From contig CM000153.2 of the NCBI GenBank assembly GCA_000004695.1, positions 3,680,001 to 3,744,000 on the forward strand: DNA of 64,000 nt, read 5' to 3'. This DNA comes from Dictyostelium discoideum. Lineage: Eukaryota. The translations under genes were made by a program, and so were the position numbers. Below are positions 30,357 to 40,795 of the stretch, one piece after another. Below the pieces are notes generated by a model. It had not been told where the DNA came from and did not search any database. It worked only from the letters and a program-made list of their open reading frames with translations. How positions within the stretch are numbered: position 1 is the first letter of the stretch; every line of letters starts with the position of its first letter.

Positions 30357-30446
30357 GCCCGTGTCGTATAGTGGTTATTATATCTGTCTTGTACTTAGTA
30401 CCAAAGCGATAACAGAGGGTCCTCAGTTCGATTCTGAGCTCGGGCA
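30357..30446 (+). tRNA. tRNA gene with a 17-nt intron in the anticodon loop. The anticodon is tentatively UGU (Thr) if the intron sits at the canonical 37/38 position.
   Basis: Folded by hand. Acceptor stem GCCCGTG/CTCGGGC with one U-U mismatch. D-arm GTAT-AGTGGTTA-TTAT. Anticodon stem TCTGT/ACAGA. Loop CTTGTA + intron CTTAGTACCAAAGCGAT + A. Variable loop GGGTC. T-arm CTCAG-TTCGATT-CTGAG. Discriminator A. The isotype needs tRNAscan-SE. Confidence 0.8.
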
Positions 30447-30475
30447 CTTTTCCTCGCAGACAGAATTTCGGTCAC

Positions 30476-30486
30476 AGGTTCGAAGT
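30476..30486 (+). promoter_or_regulatory. Putative external B-box (ex-B, a TFIIIC site), GGTTCGAAGTC, 30 bp downstream of the tRNA.
   Basis: It matches the B-box consensus GGTTCGANTCC. Dictyostelium tRNA genes often carry an extra B box in the 3' flank (established knowledge). Confidence 0.4.
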
Positions 30487-30544
30487 CTGTCTTCAAATAG
30501 TAAAACTATTAATTATTGTATATTCCCTTTAAAGGAACAATGAT

Positions 30545-32066
30545 TAATCAAAGTTTATCCTTTAAACGAATTAATCAACTATTGTAATGATAAAAGAATT
30601 AACGGAATAATTACACTATATGATTTCGAAAAAGCTTTTGACTCGATCTCACACGGTTCAATACTTAGATCACTACAACACATCAACATTCCAACCAATA
30701 TAATCAACCTGATAATGAATCTACTCACCAAATCTGAAGCAAGAATTGAAATTAATGGTAGAACTACTATACCCTTTGAGATCAAAAGAGGAGTTAAACA
30801 AGGAGATCCACTATCACCCACACTGTTCGTCCTTGTAATAGAGGCTTTAGCTAGAAAAATTTTACAAGATGATCGAATTACTGGCCTTCCTCTAAACAAC
30901 AGCAACCACAGAGAGAAATTCCAAAGCTTTGCAGACGACTCGGCTTCAATGGTCCCAGACTCTCAACAACTTGAATTAGTACTACAACACTTCAATTCAT
31001 TTTGCAAAGCCACTTCCTCAAAACTTAACATCGACAAATCTTCATCAATTCTTATAGGCAACCCAGACAATACCAACCAAAGAATTCCAATATCTACAAA
31101 TCCAGAAAGATACTTGGGATACTTCTTCACAGGTAAAGGGATAACAAGAAAAATGCCAGAAATATTAAACACAATAAGATCATCCTTAGTACTATGGAAA
31201 ACCACTGACTCAACAATAAAAACCAAAACCAACATCCTCAAAGCATTCGCACTNNNNNNNNNNNNNNNNNNNNNNNNNNNNNNNNNNNNNNNNNNNNNNN
31301 NNNNNNNNNNNNNNNNNNNNNNNNNNNNNNNNNNNNNNNNNNNNNNNNNNNNNCAAAGAAGATATGAGCAAAGACCCATACTTCTCATGCAAGAAAACAA
31401 AACAATTCATAAAAATAAATAAACTCAAAAATTTCATCTATATTACCACAGGCAAAGGTAAAAACTGGCACCATACAAGAATTAGGCAAAATAACAATTT
31501 CATTAATAGAATAACTCCAAAATTATCACCGACAGCCAAAAAAGATCAAGAAGTGAATGCAGATTACGCCAACCACAGATTCCACAAAGAATACTTTGAA
31601 TGGAACTATAAAGCAATAGACTATGATCTAACCAGATCATTCGCATATAGAAACCTAATGGCCCTTATCCTCCACAACATTTGGATTTGGATTTGCAATC
31701 AAATATACAGTGAAGATCCTTTAACAAATGAATCACTACCATACAGCTCCCTTCTAAAGAAATGGCACAAATTGGCCACTCTAGAATACATCAAAAAAGC
31801 AAAAGATCTGAAAAACTTATCAGCAAAAGACCATAATAATTTCAAAGATCCTAAGATCCTTCTCACCTCAACGACCAAGCTAAGAAAAACAACAGCTAAT
31901 TACTATTGTATTCCAGAATCATCTCTCCCAAATATTATATCTTTTGATCAATTCATATGATTAAAATAACCCTTCAGCTTAAATGATAAGCCTATAAATA
32001 AATATTAAATAAAAACTCGTATTAACACAGATGGACATATATCAATCTTGTTAATCCAATATTAAA
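30545..32066 (+). mobile_element. 5'-truncated TRE3-like non-LTR (LINE-type) retrotransposon copy. It has the C-terminal part of the RT domain, a Cys-His region and a 3' UTR. It begins about 100 bp downstream of the tRNA and contains an assembly gap at 31254..31353.
   Basis: It encodes YDFEKAFDSISH...GVKQGDPLSPTLFVLVIEAL (non-LTR RT motifs) and ...CKKTKQFIKINKLKNFIYITTGKGKNWHH... There is no poly(A); it abuts the next fragment. The position 100 bp 3' of a tRNA gene is the known TRE3 target preference. Confidence 0.75.
31254..31353. other. Assembly gap: 100 N.
   Basis: A run of exactly 100 N, the conventional placeholder for unknown length, inside a repeat copy. Confidence 0.95.
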
Positions 32067-33232
32067 ACCTTATAAAAATCAAAAAAGAATGGGAAAACTA
32101 TGCAACTCAAATTGGACATCTAAAAGATAAAGTTCAAACCCTACAACCAATATTAACAAAAAACCAAACCTCTCAAACATTAACCACAAATAATATTTCA
32201 CTACCACCAACACTCAAAGAAATCTACTCGACAATACTCAACAATCACCAATGCAAATCAAAAGACTATATTGGCAAGAAATATTCAGATCTACTTCTTA
32301 CTTCGCACCAACAATCAATACAACTATTATGGAAATACACATACGACCAACTTTTTGTCAAAATTCAAAAATTAAAAGATCCAAAAGGCCGTGATACAAT
32401 GCAAAGATTCCATGCTAGATGTCTTCCGATTAATCATCTACACAACAAAGTTTGCCCCATTTGCAACAATGAAATGAATAATGATCCCTATGGTCATTTG
32501 TTTTTCAATTGTCAACACACAATCAACTTCATAAACCACGACAAATTAAAATATTTTATATATAAAAATTGCAATGGAAACAAAAACTGGTCACTAAAAA
32601 AAAACCAAACAACAAAATTATACACACTCATTTATAAACCACAAACAAACAACAAAGCATTTAAACCAGATCCAACTATCAATATTAATTTTCATTTTGC
32701 AGAAAACGCACAATATAAAAAATACAGGTTCAACTGGAATTATATAAACACAAATCTTGATCTAGTCAGAACACATTCATATTGGAACATAATCTCATTA
32801 GTTATTCACCAAATATGGATATAGTTATGCAAATCATTATTTGACATCAATATAACTCAATCAATTGATAATTGGAACAACCAAATAAACAACACAACAC
32901 TAGATTATGATATATTAAAATCAAAATGGCACAAGCCAATAAGATTGGAATATTCAAGAACATTATCAAACTTTAACCAATACTCAATTAAAAACAACCT
33001 CACAAAAACTCAAAAAGAAACCCAATGGTCCGAAACAATCAAAAAATTTAAAAAAGAATGGAGCATAAACACTAATGAACCAATTCCAACAATTACACCA
33101 CCAATTAATTATTAATTACCTAATCTAAAATAACATACCATTTTAAATTCACAAAAACTAAAAAACCTAAAATAAATAAATAAAAATAACATACTAATTG
33201 TATACTACAATAGTTTATTTATAAAAACCGTC
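32067..33232 (+). mobile_element. Second, divergent TRE3-like retrotransposon 3' fragment (ORF2 C-terminal Cys-His domain plus 3' UTR).
   Basis: ORF 32399..32824 encodes HARCLPINHLHNKVCPICNNEMNNDPYGHLFFNCQHTINFINHDKLKYFIYKNCNGNKNW, paralogous to LHNKQCPLCKEDMSKDPYGHLFFSCKKTKQFIKINKLKNFIYITTGKGKNW of the other copies, so it is a different subfamily. Confidence 0.65.
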
Positions 33233-33271
33233 CTGGATAAAAATTCTCTTTGAAGAAAAAGTGCCCAAATA
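33233..33271 (-). other. Remnant of a tRNA 3' end plus trailer (GGGCAC + TTTTTCTTCAAAGAGAATTTT) in minus orientation.
   Basis: Its reverse complement matches the last 7 nt of the tRNA and about 30 nt of the trailer of the tRNA copy at 37164 (gggcactttttcttcRaagagaatttt). Confidence 0.45.
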
Positions 33272-33597
33272 AAAACCAACAGAATCACACTTCATTTGGT
33301 TAAAATTATAAATTATTGTTTATTTCCTTTAAAGGATAAACTAAGATTAATCAATATTAAAAAAAAAAAAAAAAAAAAAAAAACCAACCATAGATTGAAA
33401 AACATCATATACGCTAATCTTAGATTACACAAAAAATTTACTTTCAAAACTTATTGTATTCCAGAATAGGTGCTTCCAAACATAGTCTCATTGGGCCAAT
33501 TCATCAAACTTATTACAATTTATTTAATTTTAAAACATATTTAAAAACTAGATAAAAAATCAAATAAATTAAAAAATAATATCAAAAAAAAAAAAAT
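33272..33597 (+). mobile_element. Two short retrotransposon 3'-end fragments, each ending in poly(A): 33272..33385 and 33386..33597.
   Basis: The first ends ...gattaatcaatattaa(A)23. The second contains a homologue of the TRE3 ORF2 C-terminus and UTR (cttattgtattccagaata...caattcatcaaactt...) and ends in (A)13. Confidence 0.5.
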
Positions 33598-33746
33598 AGA
33601 GTAATCGTAGAGATATGTTTTTAAAATTTTAATGCCTTTTTTTGAATTGGTTAATGCAATTGTAAGTTGCTTCTCCTTGAGATATGTTTTCTCATTTTAT
33701 TTAAAGGTTTTTATGAAACCTTTTATTTAATGAATACAAACAAATT

Positions 33747-33826
33747 CACACATTTCTTGGTCATTTTGGTCCACTGTTTGAATGGAGTTTGATCTTTGGC
33801 TATCATTTAATGAAAATGGAGAGCTA
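33747..33826 (+). repeat. Copy 1 of an ~80-bp dispersed repeat (cacacatttcttggtcaYtttggYcca..gtttgaatggagtttgatctttggctatcatttaatgaaaat.gag.gcta). Copy 2 is at 60487..60566.
   Basis: About 90% identity over 80 bp between the two loci. The flanks are unrelated. Confidence 0.7.
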
Positions 33827-34648
33827 ATTAAAGATTTATTATCTCTTGATTTGATTGAACTGATGCTTTGGATTGATTCTATTAAAAATAATTTTTTATT
33901 AGAAAAAATTTTTATTCTTTTTTTTCTTTTTTTAATAAAAAATATTTACTGAATAACATTCTTTGATATTTGTAGTTTTTTAAAAAAAAATTTTTTTATT
34001 TTTATATTTTTTTAAACCTATTTATACTTTTTTTTATAAAAAAATTTATGCTTTTAATTTTTTTTCTTTTTTTTTTTTTCTTTATTTTTTTCTTAATATT
34101 AGAATATTCTAATATTTCATAAGTTTTTTTTTTAAGAATTTTGATTTTAAATATTTTATAGATAACTGGATATTTAAAGTCTGAAGTGAAGGTATTAAAC
34201 ACTTTTTTAAATGAAAAGTAAAAAACATGTTTTTAAAATATTATTAAAATGTCATATTTTATTAATATTATAAAAACAAAGATTCTATTCAAAAATTTAA
34301 ATATTTTAATCTATAATTAGAGTCTAACTAAACAATTTTTTTTTTCATTTGTGGTGTTTTATTTTATTTTATTCTTACCAATATTTTGTTTGAGGTTATT
34401 ATAATATTATTTTTATATTTAAGTGGAAATATGTAATTGGTAATTTTTATTGGTTGATTTTTAAATATTATCGATATATTATGGTAATTATTTATTATTT
34501 TATTTTTCTTTTATTTTTTTTAAAAGATTTAGTTTTGTGATATTCAAGGCGAATACTTTGAACTATTTTTTTTTTTTATAAAATTAATTTGGTTAAAATA
34601 CAATTTCAATTTTACTATTCTTTTTTTTTTTTAATATTGATTAATCAA

Positions 34649-34690
<42 letters not shown>

Positions 34691-35434
34691 TGGATTAACA
34701 AGATTGATATATGTCCATCTGTGTTAATACGAGTTTTATTTAATATTTATTTAAAGGCTTATCATTTAAGCTGAAGGGTTATTTTAATCATATGAATTGG
34801 TCAAAAGATATAATATTTGGGAGAGATGATTCTGGAATACAATAGTAATTAGCTGTTGTTTTTCTTAGCTTGATCGTTGAAGTGAGAAGGATCTTAGGAT
34901 CTTTGAAGTTATTATGGTCTTTTGCTGATAAGTTTTTCAGATCTTTTGCTTTTTTGATGTATTCTAGAGTGGCCAATTTGTGCCATTTCTTTAGAAGGGA
35001 GCTGTATGATAGTGATTCATCTGTTAAAGGATCTTCACTGTATATTTGATTGCAAATCCAAATCCAAATGTTGTGGAGGATAAGGGCCATTAGGTTTCTA
35101 TATGCGAATGATCTGGTTAGATCATAGTCTATTGCTTTATAGTTCCATTCAAAGTATTCTTTGTGGGATCTGTGGTTGGCGTAATCTGCATTCACTTCTT
35201 GATCTTTTTTGGATGTCGGTGATAATTTTGGAGTTATTCTATTAATGAAATTGTTATTTTGCCTAATTCTTGTATGGTGCCAGTTTTTACCTTTGCCTGT
35301 GGTAATATAGATGAAATTTTTGAGTTTATTTATTTTTATGAATTGTTTTGTTTTCTTGCATGAGAAGAACAGGTGACCGTATGGGTCTTTGCTCATATCT
35401 TCTTTGCAGAGTGGGCATTGTTTGTTGTGAAGGT

Positions 35435-35534
35435 NNNNNNNNNNNNNNNNNNNNNNNNNNNNNNNNNNNNNNNNNNNNNNNNNNNNNNNNNNNNNNNNNN
35501 NNNNNNNNNNNNNNNNNNNNNNNNNNNNNNNNNN
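35435..35534. other. Assembly gap: 100 N.
   Basis: 100 N inside ORF2 of the minus-strand TRE3 copy. Confidence 0.95.
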
Positions 35535-35690
35535 GGTGTGCTTGTGTTGCGTCGGCGTTGAGTTCATTGACTATGGTTATTGCCAATGAGTTTGGGGGGG
35601 GGGGGGATTTGATAAAGTCTGTTTTGTTTTTGAAGGAGGTGTCAGTGCCCCAACCTCTGACATTCCATTGGTTGATTTTGATTACTACCA

Positions 35691-36944
35691 TTATGAGATG
35701 ATATCGATCTCCTCTTGGGAGTCGTATAGCTGCGGTTTGGATGGTGAAGGGTAGATACTCTCTATGAAGCTCTCAATGATTCCTTTCCTTTCTTTATTGA
35801 CAGGTGTCTTAGGGGTGGATGGGATGTAAGGGTTGCTTCTGTTTATTGTTGGTGAGAGTTGGGTGACCTCGTTGTTTGAGTGGATTTCCTCGTTCTTGCG
35901 TTTATGTGATGGAGGGATGTTTGGTGTCTTCTCTCTGTTTTCCGAGGATGAATGGATGTTAGTGCTCGTTTTGTTGGCATTGTCTTTTTGGATGGCGTTG
36001 GATGTTGTGGTAGTGGTTGTGGTGGGTTTGACAGATTGAGATTCTGCTTGGTTTTTGGGGGGAAGAGGTTGAGAGGACTTTTTTGATTGGGCTTTTTTCT
36101 CATGGGTTGATTGTTTATCAGACTTATTGTTTGCTGGGTTGTATGTTTGTTGTTGTGGTTTTGGTTGAGAGGATTTGATTGCTATCCTGTTTTGGATGTT
36201 GGGAGGATCATCTGTCATCTCATCTTCTAATGGTTCTTCCGTGTTGTTTGACTCTACTTTCTTATTTTTCTTTTGTGAGGAGTAGGTTTTGGTGGCCGTT
36301 CTGATGGTAAAGTTGGCGATTTCTGTATTGTGTTGGCCAGATTTCATTTGATCGCCTATTTTGCATTCTATTAGACCGAATACTAGGAGGTGGTCGGTGG
36401 AGTATATAGTATGGTATATTGCATAGGGTATTTCTTCTGCAAAGGCAGTTTTGATGAGGGCATCCACTATTCCTGCCTTTTCTCTTGGAATTCTTACTCT
36501 TCCTGTGAGGACGTGGTAGTCTCTACTGGAGGTGATGAAGGTTCCCAATTTGCTTCTATCTCTAATGATATTTAGGAGAGATTGTTCGTTTTTAATCATC
36601 AGGTGGATCGTTTTTCTAGTTCCTTTGCCTATGTATATCTTGTCGATTGGGATATCGTAGTTTGAGAGTGTTTTTCTCATTTCTTCTAACCCCATGAGAT
36701 CCATTTTGGGGAATTCGAGTGTAATTGGGTAGAATCCGTTGTTTTTCTCGTAGGTTGAGAGAGCAGTCATGTTCAATATGGTCTCGCAGTATTTGGAGAT
36801 GTCTTTGAGGCCTATTGATAATTTGGGGTAGGTCTCCTTTATCTCTGCTGTTTTTGTGGAGAATTCCTTAATGAAGTTCTCTGATGCCTCGTCCATATGG
36901 GTGGAGGGGTTGGCCATTTTAGCCGCGTCTGCGTAGGAATTCAT
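35691..36944 (-). CDS. TRE3-like retrotransposon ORF1 protein, 417 aa.
   Basis: An uninterrupted ORF immediately upstream of the ORF2 start. Its C-terminal half is rich in basic residues and Ser/Thr/Pro. Confidence 0.65.
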   Translation of the reverse strand: MNSYADAAKMANPSTHMDEASENFIKEFSTKTAEIKETYPKLSIGLKDISKYCETILNMTALSTYEKNNGFYPITLEFPKMDLMGLEEMRKTLSNYDIPIDKIYIGKGTRKTIHLMIKNEQSLLNIIRDRSKLGTFITSSRDYHVLTGRVRIPREKAGIVDALIKTAFAEEIPYAIYHTIYSTDHLLVFGLIECKIGDQMKSGQHNTEIANFTIRTATKTYSSQKKNKKVESNNTEEPLEDEMTDDPPNIQNRIAIKSSQPKPQQQTYNPANNKSDKQSTHEKKAQSKKSSQPLPPKNQAESQSVKPTTTTTTTSNAIQKDNANKTSTNIHSSSENREKTPNIPPSHKRKNEEIHSNNEVTQLSPTINRSNPYIPSTPKTPVNKERKGIIESFIESIYPSPSKPQLYDSQEEIDIIS

Positions 36945-37163
36945 CTCGATGGGATTCCTTTGAATCGGCGATTTGGTAAATTAGATCTGTAGATCGTGGT
37001 GGATTGGTGATTTTTTTTGAAAGATTGGTTAAAATTGACCGAGATTAAGGATAGAAAAGGATGAATTACTTTTCACGTGTATCTTGTATCCTCTTGATCG
37101 CGGTGCGGTTTTTCAAAAACAAAACGACTACAACAATAATCAAAATTCTCTTCGAAGAAAAAG

Positions 37164-37253
37164 TGCCCGAGCTCAGAATCGAACTGAGGACCCTCTGTTA
37201 TCGCTTTAGTACTAAGTACAAGACAGATATAATAACCACTATACGACACGGGC
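37164..37253 (-). tRNA. Second copy of the same intron-containing tRNA gene, in inverted orientation. It differs from copy 1 by a single C-to-T change inside the intron.
   Basis: The reverse complement is identical to 30357..30446 except intron ...GTACCAAAG... versus ...GTACTAAAG.... The 3' trailers are similar for about 30 nt and then diverge. Confidence 0.8.
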
Positions 37254-37913
37254 TCACATGAAAAATTTTGAAAAAATACCGAAAAAATAAATTAAAAAAT
37301 TGAATTTTTAGTAATTTTTTTTTAAAAAATATTTTTAATAAATATACTATTATTGTAAAATATTTTTATTAATTAATTAAAAAATTTGAAAATTAAAAAT
37401 TATATTTTTCAATATTTTTAATTTTCAAATTATTTAATTAATTAAAACATATGTTCAAAGTGAATTTGTCATTTGATTTAAAAAATTTTTTTTTTTTATA
37501 TATTATTATTATTTTTTTTTTATAATAGAGTTTTATTAGGTTTAATAAATTTTAATAATGAAAATAAAATATAAAAAATCAATCATCTTAAGTTGTCGAT
37601 AACTTTTTTTTTACTATAACCAAAATGAGTTTCATTATTTGAAAAATAAAAAAAAAAAATAAAAAAAAAATTGAAATTAATATTTTCACACCCCACAAGG
37701 TGGTAAGCAATGTATTGGAAATTTTTAATTTTTTTTTTTATTTTTTATTTTTTTTTTTTTTCATTTTTTTTAATTTTAATATAACCCTCACGTTAGATTT
37801 ATACTTTATATAATTATACTACTTTTTTTTTTTTAAATTATTATTATTATTATCATTATTTTTTTTTTACACAAAAATATTTTTATATATATATAAATAA
37901 ATAATAACACAAA

Positions 37914-38712
37914 ATGAAAAACTTTACAAAAAAATTAGCAGAAGTTAAACAACAAACCATGGAGAAAATGGGTAAAACCGAATCACATGCAGATAATGAT
38001 GCCACTAAAGAACAAAAAGAGAAATTAAGAGTGATTAAAACTGAATACTCTCAAATTTATACAGTTGGTAAACTTTATGCTCAAGAAACTGAAAGTAAAT
38101 AATTATTATTATTAAAAATTATTAATTATTATTTATTGATTATTTATTAATTTTTATTTTTTTTATTTTTTTATTTTATTAAAAGAATCCACACAACAAG
38201 GATCACAATTTGCAGATGCATTAGCACAATTTGGAACAGGATTTGTATCAAATGAACAAGTTAGTGAGGCATTAAAGAATGTTGGTATTCAATTGAAATC
38301 AGTTGAACAAGCACGTCAAAGTTGTAATGTAAATTCAGTGCAATCATTAATTAATCCAGTTGGTAAATTCCAAGATACAGAGATTAAGAAAGCAAGAGAT
38401 TCAAAACATAAACAAGATCAAATTCGTATTCGTTATGATACTGCATTAGAGAAATTACAAGAAGCTAGAAAGAAGAATGATGCAAATTCATTAAAAGTTA
38501 AAGGTTTAGAGAATGAATGTAATGAAATTAAAGTCGAATATGATGCTGTCACCGCTGAATTCACTCAAACTATGGATAATTTAAATCAAGAAATGAATAA
38601 ACAATTGGTCGAAGAATTACGTGAATATACTTTACAACAATTGGCTTTCTATAAACAAGCTGCTGCACTTTGGGAAGAAACTAGTGATTTATTATCTTCT
38701 TTTCAAGCTTAA
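37914..38712 (+). CDS. N-BAR (endophilin/amphiphysin-like) domain protein of about 200 aa with no SH3 domain. Exons: 37914..38094 and 38186..38712.
   Basis: MKNFTKKLAEVKQQTMEKMGKTE..DATKEQKEKLRVIKTEYSQ... / ...FADALAQFGTGF...LKNVGIQLKSVEQARQS.NVNSVQSLINPV... follows the endophilin N-BAR pattern ([33 protein letters not shown].. / [30 protein letters not shown]). GTAAAT donor, phase 1. The acceptor is at ...TTAAAAG. Confidence 0.6.
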
Positions 38713-38801
38713 TAATTTATAATTAAAAAATAATAATAATAATAATAAAAAAAAAAACATATCATATTTATTTTATAACTCAAATTTATTCTTGTTGGGG
38801 G

Positions 38802-38838
<37 letters not shown>

Positions 38839-39510
38839 AAGATATATCGAAAAAACATCTTTGGTTGATTAAAAACTTTATTTGGTAAAATTTAATTATT
38901 TAATTATTTAATTTCTATAACTTTTTTTGTAGTTTTATTTTTTTTTGTTTTTTTTTTTCCCAACAAGAATAAATAAATAAAATTAATTAACTTTGGTTTT
39001 TGTCATTGTTATGACTTTTTTGGTTATTAATGTTGTTGTTGATTTTCACACCTATTTTCTATATATCAATAACTCTTTTTTATCCAAATAGTACCAAAAA
39101 CAAATTCAATTATACCAATCAAATAAATTTATTCTAAAAAAAAAAAAAAATTAAAAGAACAAGTTTACCATTTTTTGTTTTTTTATTTATATATTCTGTC
39201 CCACTCATTTATCTTATTATTTTTTTTGTTTATAATTATTATTTCTTTTTTTAATATAAATATTAATAAATAATATTTTTTTTTTTTATTTTTTTATTTT
39301 TTTTTTTAATTATTTTTCATTTCAACCCGCCTTTTTTTTTTTAATATTTTTTTTTTTTTGTTTTTTTTTTAATTTTTTTTTTTTTTTTAAAAAATCCATG
39401 TTCATCAAATGTTATAACAGCAAATAAATTTGAAAATAAAAAAAATAAAAATATATCCACATAATATATTTTTAGGATTTTAAAAAAAAAAATAAAAAAA
39501 AAAATTCAAA

Positions 39511-40284
39511 ATGAAACAAAACCAACCAAATTTAAATGTAAATTTAAATAATAGGTTACAACAACAACAATTAAATCAAGTAGCGCAACAGCAATTACAA
39601 CAACAACCATTAAAAAATACAAAACAAAATCCAATAAATAATCAAACAAATGGAATTTTAAATAATAAACCAATTACCACTTCATCAAACATAATGAATA
39701 GTGATAATATTTTAAATAATAATAATAATAATAATACAAATAAACCTTCTTCAACATTTAACTTTAATATAACTAATACACCACCACCACCTGTAAATAA
39801 ACAAAAACCAATTACTTCTTCGTCAACATCTAAACCATCTAATACCACCACTACTACTACTACTACAACTACTACAACAAAACCACCATCAAATTCATTA
39901 CCTTCATCATCATCATCAAAAGTTAAGGTTAATTCATTAACTTCACAAAATAATAATAATAATAATAGCAATACTAATACAAATATGACAACCCAACCAC
40001 CAACATTTAATAATTTAATAAAACCACAATCACTACCATCGACTACAGGTATGAACGAAATAAAGAATACACCAACAAGGACAACCACTACTACATCAAC
40101 ACAACACACTAAATATATAAAAGAAGATATTGTTGTTAAAGAAAATAATAATAGAATTAGTAACATGAATAATAATAATATAAGTGGAGCTAGTGGTGGC
40201 ACTACATTTAATAGTTATAACTATCTACCAAATAATACTCTTGATAATTTCATAAATAATTCTAATACAACTACAACAACCACA

Positions 40285-40316
<32 letters not shown>

Positions 40317-40735
40317 CAATAATAATAATATAATTAATAATATAAAACAACAACACGAATTAGAACTATTACAACAAAAACATATTGAAGAGATGAAAAT
40401 ATTACAAAATGAACAATTAAATCAATTAAAAAAACAACAAAAGAAATTAAATGAATCAGATACGGATGGTAGTGACGATGATGATGACGATGATGATGAA
40501 TATGGTGAAAATATGAATTTATCACCAAGAACATTAAGAGAATTAAAAAATATTCAAAGATTAAAAAATCTAGAGAAATTTAGTCCACCTTATTTAATAA
40601 CTAAAAAAACTTCACCATCAATTAAAACATTACCAAAATTCCCAGAATGGACAAAAGAAAGACCTTTTCTTAATTATGGTTATCTTGCAAATATATCTAC
40701 AAATTATACAAGTTTAATTTTACCTGTATGTAAAA

Positions 40736-40795
<60 letters not shown>

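Larger units (their letters stand above)
34556..37060 (-). mobile_element. TRE3-like non-LTR retrotransposon on the minus strand. It has a 5' UTR, an intact ORF1 (36944..35691, 417 aa), the start of ORF2 with an AP-endonuclease N-terminus (MVVIKINQWNVRGW), an assembly gap at 35435..35534, the ORF2 C-terminal Cys-His region, a 3' UTR and a poly(A) tail (poly-T on plus at 34652..34689). Its 5' end lies about 100 bp downstream of the inverted tRNA copy.
   Basis: The last 550 bp are the reverse complement of 31400..32066 at near identity. ORF1 is followed within 1 bp by the ORF2 ATG. Short tandem 3'-end fragments lie beyond the poly(A). Confidence 0.75.

Noticed and set aside
30487-30552. I considered whether the 60 bp between the ex-B box and the RT ORF (…attattgtatattccctttaaaggaacaatgattaatcaaag…) is a separate element terminus. 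It resembles 33296..33345 and 34590..34640.
   Set aside because: I could not decide between target-site sequence, a TRE3 5'/3' terminal module, or a fragment junction without a consensus element to align to. It is folded into the TRE3 nest description.
35348-36103. Track ORFs on the opposite strand of the minus TRE3 copy (35348..35701 +, 35833..36039 +, 35843..36103 -).
   Set aside because: They are antisense or alternate-frame ORFs within retrotransposon ORF1/ORF2. Some run through the N gap.
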